In this document: one piece after another, positions 41,011 through 53,162 of the stretch
Layout of the letters: every line of letters starts with the position of its first letter
Numbering within the stretch: the stretch's first letter is position 1
Assembly: GCA_010356995.1 (NCBI GenBank)
Contig: ML996700.1
Span: 434,001 to 498,000, forward strand
Direction of reading: 5' to 3'
DNA: 64,000 nucleotides
Origin: Trichodelitschia bisporula
Taxonomy: Eukaryota
Made by a program: the position numbers and the translations under genes
Notes under the pieces: generated by a model
What the model was told of the DNA's origin: nothing
The model's database searches: none
What the model saw: the letters and a program-made list of their open reading frames with translations, nothing else

Positions 41011-41227
41011 AGTGGTGAGGAATGAAGATGTGAAGATGGGATGTGGTGTTGGGTCGCGGGAATTTGCGTGTACAAAATTTCGAGGCTCAACTTAGCGGCG
41101 CTGCGTTGTTCCGGGTGGTGGTCCGTGCGCAAAACTTCTAGCTCGCCCGAAATGGAAGCGACGTCAGTAAAGCTCCAATTACTACCCACGCTACCTCTGA
41201 ACCTCGAGTTCCTACGAGTATCTAACA

Positions 41228-41654
41228 ATGGCTCTTGCCGCCTACCGCCACGTCCTGCGCTCTGCGCGCATTGCCTTCCAAGGTACGGTACACCCCTTCC
41301 CTTGCCGCCGCCTCTCTAACCGTCCAGACGACCTGTCTACCCTCAAAGCCGCGCAACGAGCCGCGCGGGACGGCTTCGAGAAATATCGGCACGAGTCCAG
41401 CGACAAGGCAGCAGAGCACATTCATCATGCGGAAGACGTAGCTAAGATCCTGCGGGAGAACATCGTGCAAGGGCGCGCCGTGGGCGACCAACACTTCAGT
41501 ACGGAACCCACACCCATATACGTCACGGCAATCACACTAACATCCCTCAGAGCTACGCATTCACGAACACACCGAGCGCGGCGACAATGAGACCGTAAAA
41601 ACAGCAGTGCAGAAAGGCCAGCCCGCCGGTAATTTTAAGTGCTGCTCCGCGTAG
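41228..41654 (+). CDS. MZM1: Mitochondrial LYR protein Mzm1/LYRM7 (complex III assembly)
   Basis: MALAAYRHVLRSARIAFQ.D..TL.AA, VAKILRENIVQG, LRIHEHTERGDNETVK. Two introns. Confidence 0.88.
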
Positions 41655-41735
41655 CCATCGCTTCACAATCCCAAAAGCCGTGCCGTGAATCCCCAGCGCC
41701 GTGACTCCCTTCCATGCATGTCCCAAACCTCATGC

Positions 41736-42898
41736 CTAATTCCCCGCCAGACTCGCATACTCCACGTCCTCCGCCCCTGGCGGCGCCGTCGCCACCAAAT
41801 CACTCAAATCATCCTGTGCCGGCCGCTTGCCCGCACTCTTCGCCCCAACCGTCCGCTGTCCACGCCCCACCCCCGCCGCAGTCCGCCCCGCCCGCGCATT
41901 CGCCATGCGCTCATCCGTCTCCATGCTATCCAGCGGCTTGGGCTTGCCCCACTGCACGCGAAGGGGACACCCTGCAATCACGGCGCGGCCCTGGCACGCC
42001 TGCGCCGCCGCCTCGGCCCCCTCGCGAGTTTGGAAGTTCATGAACGCGCAGTGGGCGCGGTGCGAGCAGATGACGCTCCGCAGCGCGCCGAACTTGCTGA
42101 AAAAGGCCCGCAGCTCGAATTCCGGGAGGTCGTCCTCGACGCCCGTCACGAAGAGCGACTTGACGTTCGGGTCTGGGGGCGGCATGATGTCTCGCGGGTT
42201 CGGGGGGAGCTGTGTTGTGCTCGGGAAGACGCGGGCCTTGCCCTTTTGCAGAGCCTTCGCACCAGCAAGCTTTGCCTCGCGGGGACGGATAGGTCCAGGA
42301 CCACGAGATTCAAGTTCAGCGCCGCCAGCTGTAAGCAACTTCTGCCCATCGCCCGCCTCCTCAGCCTCCTCACGGCGCTGCTTCTTGTAGTAAGGCTCTG
42401 AGTTAGCAAGGCGGCGCAGCAGCTCGCGCGCCTTCTCGTCTGTCTTCTCGTAGCCCTCAATGTTGCGGCCCTCCTCGATGTCCTTCTCGTGCTCTTGGGC
42501 ATAGAACTGCTTGTTGATTTCAGACTGCGGGCCCGGGGCGACCATCTTAAGCGCGGCATCGCGGACGACGATGGGTAGGCCGAAGGAGAGGTCGAGCATG
42601 CAGCATTGGCAGCAGTTTTTGAGGCGCGCGCAGGTTAGGCAGATGTTAGTCCGCTTTTGGCGCGAGGTGCGGTCTGATTTGAAGCGGAAGAGGGTGAAGG
42701 GGCGGGAGCATATCTTGCATTCTGCGCCTGGAGGCTTGTTAGCTGGAGTTGGCGAGGGAGAGAGGCGGATGACGTACCGTGGTCTTCCTTGATCATCTGG
42801 ATGTAGGGATTTTCTGGCAGACAGCGCTCGCAGACGGAGGGGAAGTCGGTGGTTTCCCAGCCGGACCGGTTCAAATCTTGCTTGATCTGCGGAGGCAT
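41736..42898 (-). CDS. SLT11: Pre-mRNA splicing factor Slt11/Ecm2/RBM22
   Basis: MPPQIKQDLNRSGWETTDFPSVCERCL, ECKICSRPFT, CLTCARLKNCCQCCMLDLSFGLP, C-terminal RRM. One intron. Confidence 0.93.
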
Positions 42899-43312
42899 GC
42901 TTGCGACGGGTCGTGAGGCCACAAGCGGACGAACAGATGCGTAGATTACGGATATGTGCCACCCAAGGGTCGTCTAGTGCCGGGCGAAATAAGGTTGAAG
43001 TGGTTCGTCGAGTCGTCGAGCCGTAAGGTCGTGATGATAGCGCGTTGCTGGTATTGAAGGTCCACAGGGACGCCACATCCAAGACTTGGCACGGTGGCGT
43101 GGTAACGGCCACTTTCCTGGCTCAGCTAGCGTCGGACAAAGCCGCGCGGAGCGCGTGGTAAATTATCGTCGAAAGGGGCAGCCCGTTCGACCTACAACAA
43201 CCAATTTCACCGCCCTTTTCACTGTGCTTTCACTCCCTCATTCTCTTCTGCAAATCGTACTTCCTATTCTCATTCACTCAGTCCACTCTTCTTCGTTCAT
43301 TCTACCCTCACA

Positions 43313-44564
43313 ATGGCTCCCGTTGCGCTTGAGAAGCAGGACCTGGTCCGCGACAAGGACTTCATGAAGGCCATGCACGGCACCTCGTCCGAGTCCACCG
43401 GCGGCATCAAGGCTATGATGGGCAAGAACAATGCGGCACAGAAGGAGGCCGTGGCCGAGTACTTCAAGCACTGGGACAACAACCCGACCGAGGAGACGGA
43501 GGGGACTCGCGCAGCCCGGCGGGCCGAGTACGCCACGCTGACCCGGCAGTGAGCCTTCCCCCATCGTTCCCTTTGATCTCTTAGCTAAACCCCCGCCCAG
43601 CTACTACAACCTGGCCACGGACCTGTACGAGTATGGCTGGGGCACCAGCTTCCACTTCAGCCGCTTCGCCTACGGCGAGTCCTTCCGCCAATCCATCGCG
43701 CGCCACGAGCACTACCTCGCGCACATGATGGGCCTGCGCGAGGGCATGAAGGTGTTGGACGTGGGGTGCGGTGTTGGTGGACCGGCGCGCGAAATCGCCA
43801 AGTTCGCCGGCGTTGATATCGTGGGGATCAACAACAACGATTACCAGATCGAGCGGGCGACGCGGTATGCGCGCAAGGAAGGCTTCACGCCCAAGCAGAT
43901 GTCGTTTGTCAAGGGTGATTTTTGCGTGCGTTCAACTCCAATTTTTTCCCTTAACCCATTCGGCTAACCCCCTCCCCAGCAACTCCCCTTCCCCGATAAC
44001 TCCTTCGACGCCGTCTATGCCATCGAAGCCACCGTCCACGCCCCCAGCCTCGAAGCCGTATACAGCGAGATCTGCCGCGTGCTCAAGCCCGGCGGCGTCT
44101 TCGGGTGCTACGAGTGGCTGATGACGCACCGGTTCGACGAGTCCAACGCCGAGCACCAAGCCATCCGGCGGGGTATCGAGCTGGGCGACGGGATCAGCAA
44201 TATGGACACCGTGGACGTGGCACTCAAGGCCGTCGAGGACTCAGGCTTCACCCTCGAGCACCACGAGGATCTGGCTGAGCGTGTCGACGGGGACTACGCG
44301 CCGTGGTACTGGCCTATTGCCGGCGAGCTGCGCTATGCGTCAGGCATCATGGATGTGATTACAACGCTGCGCATGACCAAGCCCGCGCGGTTCGTTATCC
44401 ATAACCTCCTGGGGTTGGCGGAGAAGGTTTACCTCATTCCGAGTGGCACGGCGAGGACGGCGAATGCGCTCGGTGTGGCGGCGGATTGTTTGTCTGAGGG
44501 TGGACGGCAGCGTCTGTTTACGCCTATGTATCTGCTTGTTGGCAGGAAGAAGCCTGTGGCGTAG
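43313..44564 (+). CDS. ERG6: Sterol 24-C-methyltransferase
   Basis: [59 protein letters not shown]. Two introns. Confidence 0.95.
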
Positions 44565-45520
44565 ATGGGGGCGAGTGTTGGAGTTGGCAGGGAGATGGGC
44601 GGCTGGGTGTGTAGTTTGCAACAATCAGGTGTTGAAGGATAAAACCGATATACAACCTTAATCTAATCAGTCCTTGTGCGCTCCAGTCTTCTCTACTCGG
44701 TGATCACCGACCGCAGCTTGTGAGCCCCTGAAGCGCTAATCGAACTCATCCACATCGCCTTCCGTCCTCCCCCCGAACCCTCCCAAAGTAGCATCTTCTC
44801 GCAAATCTCACCACACAGTGAGCCATAGGTGGGGCCACGGTTGGCTCATGGCCATTTGCAGTGCGGCCATGGAGAGAAAAAGAATTGGCATATCTGCCCT
44901 CTTCTCTCATGTATTCGACGATAGCTGTTTGGTCATGTCCGCACGCGCAACATGATAGAGAAGCACGTGGGCCGTCCACAGTATCAGATGTCTTACTTCA
45001 AGTCCTCTATCAATACGTGCAAAATACCGTGACCAGCGATCAATGAATTCGAATGTCATTATCGCATCTATTGAACATTCAGACTACATCCCAAGTGTCA
45101 GATATGAAGGTGGGGTCGAAGCCACCGACATTCTAGTTGCCGCATCATCATACGGAGTACCCATGGTTCCGAAGTCACGAATATTGAGATCTCTACGGAT
45201 GTACAGGGCATGCACATCACTCCATGATCCGTTCATACTTAGACCAGGAACCAGCGATGCAAAAGGCAAAGGGGCCGTGTTTATCGTGCCTCAAGGCTGG
45301 AAGTTTATGCCTGATCCGATGTTTCTGCCTGAGCGCGTTCGACCCCTGGTCAAAGCGTCCCGTCCTGTCAGGGATCCGTTGCCAGGGTAAACAAAACAAC
45401 GCATCCATCACCACCTCGTCGCATCACAAACACCACACATCCCCATCCCCATCCCCACCCCCGCAGCATAAATCACCCACCACATCGCATCGATCGCGCA
45501 CCCCATACCAACAATCCACG

Positions 45521-47931
45521 ATGTCGCAAGACACGCACATGTTCTCCGTGCGGCGCCCACGCGAAGTCCGTCCCTCTCCCCTCCCCCGCTCCAAAAACAC
45601 AGCTAACCGCACCCGCAGACCCTAGGGGGCATAAACCAAAACGGCATCAACCAAAACATTTCCGCAATTCCCATGCCCTCCTCCGCCATGAAACGCAGCA
45701 CCTCCTCCTCCGCCCTCAATCAAGCCGGTCCAACCCAGACGCGCAGCACCAGCGGCTCGCGCCTCTCCCTTGCGCCCGGCCGCCCTACACAGCCCAACTT
45801 CTCCCGCGCCTCGAATGCCTTCTACGACATGCCACCGCCGGCGAGTGCGCAGCGCCCGAGCACCAGTCTCTTCGGCAGCTCGAATCCGCTCGGGCAAAGT
45901 ACGCGTAAGAGCTTCGCGCCGGCGACGATGAGCGCGAGTACGCCTGCCGCGCTGGCCACGCCCGCGGGCTCGATCCAACGCCGTAGTAGTTGCTACAGCG
46001 CGCGGCCGAGCCAGGGCCCGGGGTCGAGCATGCGGAGCAGCTTTTTTAGCAGCGCACCGCCGCCGGCCGGGGTGCCGCAGGATCCGCGGCGGTTGCGGGA
46101 TGCGAGTGTTCGGGCGCAGATGGCGGGCGATCTCATGGACTATTTCACGCGGAACGGGTTCGAGATGGCGACGCAGATTGGGCTGACGAATAAGACGCTC
46201 ACGAGCCCGACGCAGAAGGAGTTCAATGCTATGTTTCAGTGGCTGTATAAGCGGATTGATCCGGCATATCAGTTTCAGAAGGCGATGGATACGGAGATTC
46301 CGGCGCTGTTGAAGTTGCTGAGATATCCATTTGAGAAGAGCATTACGAAGAGTCAGATTGTGGCGGTGGGGGGGAATAACTGGCATACGTTCCTGGGGTT
46401 GCTCCATTGGATTATGCAGCTTGCGGTCATGATGGAGGCGTATGAGAAGGGCGACTACGACCACGCTTGCATGGAGAGCGGCCGCGATGTCTCCGGCGAC
46501 CGAATAATTTTCGACTTCCTCACGGGCGCGTACCAGGACTGGCTCAATGTGCCCGACACAGCGGACGAGGACGCGGCGGAGCAGGTCGTGCAGCAGCACG
46601 TAGAGCGCATGGCCGTGCGCTTCCGCGAGATCAACAAGGATCTGCTGGACGACGTGGACATCCTCGAAGCCGAGAAGAAAGCGCTGATGGAGCAAATCGA
46701 GGAGCTGGAGCGCGGCGCCGAGAAGAGCAAGATGCTAGACGAACGTCTCGAACTTCTCAAAGGCGACACCCTCAACTACGAGCAGTGGAACGCAAAAGTC
46801 GAAAACAAGATCAAGAAGTACCAGGAGAAAATGGCGCGGCTGGAGGAGGAGCTCGGCGTGCTGGACAAGGAAATCGAAGAGGCGGAGGTGGAGAAGTCGG
46901 GATACCAGGATGCTATCAGCAAGCAGGGCATTACGGTTGCCGACCTCGACCGCATGACTGCTGAGACGGAGAGGCTGGAGAAGGCGCGGCAGGCGACGGC
47001 GGCACGGCTAGATGAGACGAAGGCGCGTATTGCGGAGAAGGAGGCTGAGGCGTCGAAGAAGCTCGATGAGTTGGAGCGCCTGGTTGAGAAGTACAATGCG
47101 CTGGCGTACAAGATTGGCCTTGTGCCGTCGACGGCGCATAACGCAAAGGGCATCGAGTACGAGCTCATCCTGCAGGTCAACGACGAGGGCAACTTTGTTG
47201 CGAGCCAGGGCGGCCCCGAGGTCGATTTGCGATTGCTCAAGGATACGACTACGGGGTATCAGCCACATCAGTTGCTCAACCTCGACCTCAAGGGGACGGT
47301 CAAGAACAACATTGTTGCGCTGCGCAAGCAGGTCAGCGAGCGGCGCAACAAGGCGCTGGAGGAGGATATGAAGAATCATGAGATGCTGGATGGTGTGAAG
47401 GAGGCGATGGATGAGAAGAAGGCTGAGGTTGAGGGCCTGGGACACCGCATCCGGGCTGCCGAGGAAGAGTTTGAGAAGACCAAAGAGGTACTTCTGCCGT
47501 TTATACTCCTTTATGCGTCGCTAACTCGTCTAGATCACCGCGGCTCAGAAGATGACTCTTGACACTCAGATCGAGCGCATGGAGAAAGAGCTCTCCAAAC
47601 TCCGGGCAGGCTTGACGGAGAGCGTCCAGATGATGGAGCAGCGCGAAATCAACACCAATCTCGAGTAAGTGCAGCGAACAATCATTGTCACTCTTCTAAC
47701 ATCACCAGGTACGAGCAACTCACGATCCGCGCCGCCGCCCTCCGCGAAGAGCTCCACACCGAAGTCGAGCGGATTCTGAACGACGTCATCAAGTTCAAGA
47801 TCCACATCCAGAAGAGCCTGGAAGAATATGAAGGCTTCGTAGATGAGGAGGTGAACCGCGAGTACGAGAGCCTGAAGGCGGTTGAGGATGCTGAGGCCGA
47901 GGAGGCCGAGGAAGGGGCGGAGCGGGAGTAG
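45521..47931 (+). CDS. NDC80: Kinetochore protein Ndc80/HEC1
   Basis: [18 protein letters not shown] start, DPRRLRD, CH domain [42 protein letters not shown], long coiled coil. Three introns. Confidence 0.93.
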
Positions 47932-48425
47932 TCATGAGCGTGTTTGCTTGTTTCTTAATACAGTAACGACCGGAAATGTGTTGATTCTCAGGGTTTTGGG
48001 TTCAGGGGTACGGGCTGGCGGGCGTGGGAGCGGATGAGGGTGGGCTGGATGATGACATACCCCATTTCCATTTGGCGTTCTTGTCGGGAGTTTTACGTCG
48101 TACCTGTTAATTCTAAGTGAGGCACTCGCTTCCATGTTGTTGACTGTCTGTTGCTGGAGGTGAGGGAGTCATTGGGAAGGTTCCTTACGTCGTCCTCGAC
48201 ATCGTCCTTTCTACGACCAGAGCCCTGCCCGGTACGGCCTCCCTGAGCTGGAAGGGCCCTCTGGTATACAGCTGTTGTTTTCCCCGAGAGCGATGATAGT
48301 CCCCTCGTGGAAGCAGAAACAAAAAGGCTCCTCGTCCATCCAAGTACCCTCCGAACTTACATCTCCATCATCATATACTTCACCGACTAACAACAACTTT
48401 ACCATATCCTTCTCTACAGGCCAAG

Positions 48426-48978
48426 ATGGTAAGCCCTTGGGGGCATACATGCAGTTCCAGCGACTTACTTCGTATAGACTACTCAACCCCCCGACGTCAC
48501 CGCAACCCTCCACGCCCTCAAGGCTGCGCGGGACATTCTCGACAGCTGGATTCCGCACGCTATGGCCGTCGATCGGCTCGCGAAGGAGAAAGACGCCATC
48601 ATGTTGAACATAGTCAGGCTAAGTCCCAACCTCGGAACTGTCAGTAGTAACTTACCGCAATATAAGAACGGGACACCCTCTGAGGGTCAACGCCTCCGGC
48701 TTGTCGAAATCGATGCCGCACTGATTCCGATGGCGGACAACATATACGCCGCGTTCAGTGACTACGCGGCGAGGAGTTGGCCTTGGAACATGATAAATGT
48801 GCGCGGTTTTAGTTTGGCTGATGGGAATGGCGCGGCTAAGGGTGAGGGTGGTGGGGGGATGGGCGAACAGACTGGCAATGGTACGGACCATAACGATGGT
48901 GACGGTAGGGGTGACCACACTGGTGATGGTACGGACGATTACAATGGTGACGATAGGTTCACCAGGGAGGCACGCTAG
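48426..48978 (+). CDS. Hypothetical orphan protein with ATG-only first exon
   Basis: ATG|GTAAGC donor at 48429 and TAG acceptor at 48477 give an in-frame join to the 48562-48978 ORF. No recognisable domain. Confidence 0.45.
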
Positions 48979-49578
48979 ATGGAGTGAGTGGAGACGGAGA
49001 CTTACGTCTCCCGCGCGCATCAGTACTGTGAGGCGGTTCAGCCTGGTGGGTAGAGGGAGGTCGAGCCGGGAGGTGCTTCTAAGACGGTGGTAGAAACAGA
49101 TTGATATCCTAAGCCCTTCCCTAGCTGCTAGTATCGTGAAAGGTGAACTTTGACATGAATGATACGGAGCTGTTCGTCCGAAGCATAGCAGCATGGTAAG
49201 CACTTTCTTGTGTTTAGAGGCGCAAAAATGACGTTCATATGAAATTTCCGCACGATGATCTGAAAGAGGTCTTTCATGAGCTGGAAATGGCGCCTTAGCA
49301 GCGCAAATCGATATCATCACCATGAAGTCAAGAGATGAAGGGACCTATCTTAAGAGTGTTGAGCGGACGGGTGAGGTGGAGCTGTTGCTAATCGACCCGC
49401 ACCCCTGCCCTAGCCCTGGCCCTGCGCTAGCAAACCGGGCCGCCCAAGGGGCCCGTGCACAACTTTCGGGTCTCCTCTCAGCAGTCCTCAATCGCCGGGC
49501 CCAACAAACCTCAAGATTCGCCGGGCACAACCTTTGTAATTCCTAATTAACGACCCTTCACTTCACCCACAACACATC

Positions 49579-50812
49579 ATGTCGAGCCTCAGACTGCTTC
49601 GGCCTGCGCGCTTCCTCTCCGCCACACCGCGTGCCGTGAGCAGAATAGCTCCGGTCTATGCCCGGCGGAGCTATGCCACCGCTACAAAGGAGATGACGGT
49701 GCGGGAGGCTCTCAATGAAGCAATGGTCGAGGAGATGGAGGCCAACCCGAAAGTGAGCTAAATCATTCGGCTTCTATGGCTGGGCTAAAGTGGGCTAGGT
49801 CTTCGTCCTCGGCGAGGAGGTTGCACAGTACAATGGCGCATACAAAGTCACCAAGGGCTTACTTGACCGCTTCGGCGAGAAGCGCGTCATCGACTCCCCC
49901 ATCACCGAGTCTGGCTTCGCCGGTCTGACGGTCGGCGCTGCGCTGGCGGGTCTGCACCCGATTGTTCGTCTCCCCAGTCGCAAGCATAAGACACACCGCT
50001 AATACACGCAGTGCGAGTTCATGACCTTCAACTTCGCCATGCAGGCCATTGACCAGATCATCAACTCGGCCGCGAAGACCCACTACATGTCCGGCGGCAT
50101 TCAGCCGTGCAACATCACCTTCCGCGGACCCAACGGCTTTGCGTCTGGTGTCGCGGCGCAGCACTCGCAGGACTACACGGCGTGGTACGGGAGCATACCG
50201 GGTCTGAAAGTGGTGGCGCCGTACAGCGCTGAGGATGCGAAGGGCTTGCTCAAGGCTGCTATTCGCGATCCTAACCCCGTTGTCGTGCTCGAGAACGAGT
50301 TGCTCTATGGTCTTTCGTTCCCGATGAGCGAGGAGGCGCAGAAGGACGACTTTGTTATTCCTGTACGTTGTTCCTCCCCTTGAATCGCGTCGCTGACCGC
50401 CTAGTTCGGCAAAGCCAAGATCGAGCGCGCGGGTAAGGACCTCACCATGGTGACGCTGTCGCGCTGCGTCGGGCAGTGCCTGGTCGCTGCGGAGGAGCTG
50501 CACAAGAAGTATGGCGTGGAGGTTGAGGTCATCAACCTGCGGTCCATTAAGCCGCTGGACGTTGAGGCCATTGTCAAGTCGGTGAAGAAGACTGGTCGCA
50601 TGATGGCTGTTGAGTCGGGTTTCCCGGCCTTCGGCGTGGGTGCGGAGATTATTGCGCTGACGGCTGAGTACGCCTTCGACTACTTGGAGGCGCCGCCCGT
50701 CCGTGTCACTGGTGCGGAGGTGCCCACGCCCTATGCCGCGAAACTGGAGGAGATGAGCTTCCCCACGCCGGAGCTCATCACCGATTACGCGGCGAAAGTG
50801 TTGCGGTTGTAG
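49579..50812 (+). CDS. PDB1: Pyruvate dehydrogenase E1 beta subunit, mitochondrial
   Basis: Mitochondrial presequence, [55 protein letters not shown]. Three introns. Confidence 0.97.
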
Positions 50813-51249
50813 GTGTTGATGGGCTGCGAGATATCCATGTTATCGGGGGCTCGTCCGGCGTCGTTTGTACTTATAATGCGTAGTCGCACTTTGGTTTGAC
50901 TGGCATTTGGTTTGTTATATGGGCACTTAGGTAGACCGGGTAGGCGGCTGAAAAACGGGTGATCTCAATTGAAGTCCTTCGTGGTGAATTTGTCGCAAGC
51001 GTGGTGAAGCGCGTGTTTACTCAAAGGTTTCGGAAAAGTTGTTACTGTTCCAAGCGTCGAGAGAGTCATAGGCGCGGCAATGATTTTCTTCGGGTAGAAC
51101 AGCCTTGGGGCCAGCATGTGGCTAGTAGCCTCGGCATGCCCCGACCCGCCTCCTCTCCCATCTCCAACTTCCCCAGCACGCCCACCTCCGCATCTCCATC
51201 TCCACACACCGCATGCTCCTGGGGTAAGGCAGCATCGCAGAAAGCAATC

Positions 51250-52449
51250 ATGGTCCGCGAGGACCTCATCAGCTCCGCCGTTCGTATCCCTCCCCCCCTC
51301 CCCATCACCACTAACACCGCTTCCAGGTCTCCTGTAAGCCGCACACCCATCGCCCGCCGCCTCAACTAACAAGCAGCAAGTCCTGCAAGACCCCTCCGTC
51401 GCCGCCGCACCTCTCGACAAGCGCATCGCCTTCCTCCAGTCCAAAAACCTAACCCAGGATGAAGTCGACGTCGCCCTAGCGCGCGCCGCCGGGCAGCCGG
51501 GCCCCGTGGCCCAGGCCCCATCGCCGCAACAGCAGCAGTATGCATACGCGGGACCACCGCAACCGCAGAATGGATACCCGGTTCCGCCGGGGTATTGGCC
51601 GGCGCAACAGCCGCCTGCAGTGCCGAAGAGGGATTGGCGTGACTGGTTTATTATGGCGACAGTGATGGGGGGGGTGGGGTATGGGTTGTATTTTACGGCT
51701 AAGGTGGGTTGCACGCGCTCTTTGAGGGATTTAAGGCTGATTGGGGACAGCGATATATTGTGCCGCTGATCGCGCCGCCGACCCCGCCGCAGCTCGAGCA
51801 GGACAAGGCTGCCATCGACGCGGCGTTCGACAAGACCTTCGCGCTGCTCGACCAACTCACCACCGACACCGAGGCTCTCAAAGCCGCCGAAGTGGCACGG
51901 ACAACGCGCCTTGATGCCGCGCTCTCGGAGCTCGAATCTGTGGTCACGACGCTGAAAGAGGCGGATCGGAAGCGCGAAGACGATGCGCGCAGGTCCATGG
52001 ATGAGATCCGCAGTTTGCGTGATTTAATCCCTAAGGCGCTGGATGCGCAGAAGGAGAGCACGGATGAGAGGCTCAAGGGGCTGGGGTCGGAGCTTAAGAG
52101 TCTTAAGACGCTGGTTTCGAATCGTGTACAGCCGGCTGCGGCGCCGGTGCATCGGGCTACGCCGTCTCTTAATGGTGGTGTGCCTGCTGCGTCGGCGCCT
52201 GTGAGTCCGGCGCCTACGCCTACGGTTGAGACGCCGGCGGTTGTACCTGCGTCTACGCCCGCTGTTACGCCTGCTGCGTCGACGGCGCCGGCGCCTGGCT
52301 CTGCGGCTGCGGGGCTGTTGAACCGGAGGCCTGGTGGACGGGCGGCGATTCCGGCGTGGCAGATGGCGGCGGCGGCGAAGAGTACGGATAGTGTTGTGTC
52401 GGTCAATGGGGAGAGTAAGGAGGAGGGTGGGGAGGTCAAGGCTCCGTAG
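51250..52449 (+). CDS. PEX14: Peroxisomal docking protein Pex14
   Basis: MVREDLISSA|VS|FLQDPSV..APLDKRIAFLQSKNLT, RDWRDWFIMATV.GGVGYGLY, IPAWQMAA. Confidence 0.93.
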
Positions 52450-53162
52450 ATGCGGGACGGTGGGGACGGTTAGAGCGTGTGTATTGCATGGGTGGGGTAT
52501 GGGGTTTTGTGTAGGATAGTGGTGGGTTACTCGTAATCGGGTGTGTGGATGGGGGGTGGGCGGTGTTGGTTGACCAAATTGTGGAGCGTATATGGATGAT
52601 ATCACTGAATGGGATATTCGTTTGGCTTGATGGGTTGGTTTGGTGTGTGATGTGTGAATATGTCTCCGTTTCGCCTTTTTTTTGCTGGAGTACCGCCGTT
52701 ACCCGGTTATCGGGATATCCACCATACGTCGTCAGGCATTATATATGGGAAGTAGGAGTGACATGGGTTATAAGAGGCAGGCAGCGAGGCGACAATGGGC
52801 AAGGGAGACTCGGGTTCAGCTGGAAGGAAGCTACCGATGTTGTCCCTGCGCACCCGCAAGAGAGGAAGTCGCTATCCTCAGAAGGCGTCGTTGGCGTATA
52901 TAGAGGGGCATTCCCCCACTCCAGATTTTGAGGTCATGTCATACCATCACACCATTCTCACTCATCCTCTCGAAATCAGACTCTTGTTATTACAATATTG
53001 TGGTCTATTTTAGAACTAGTTCCAATCATTGCCCAGAACGGAAGTCCTAGGTCCCCTGCTCCGTTATCGCAACGTCAACTCCACCTCCCCGCGGGATCTC
53101 ATAGCAATCATGACCTTGTAGTTCCCTTTCACTCCAAATCTGGCTCTTCTACTTGAGTGACT

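Noticed and set aside
44815..44845. TVSHRWG resembling the HET-domain SHRWG motif
   Set aside because: The frame closes shortly afterwards and no other HET motifs (WID..CI.Q) are present.
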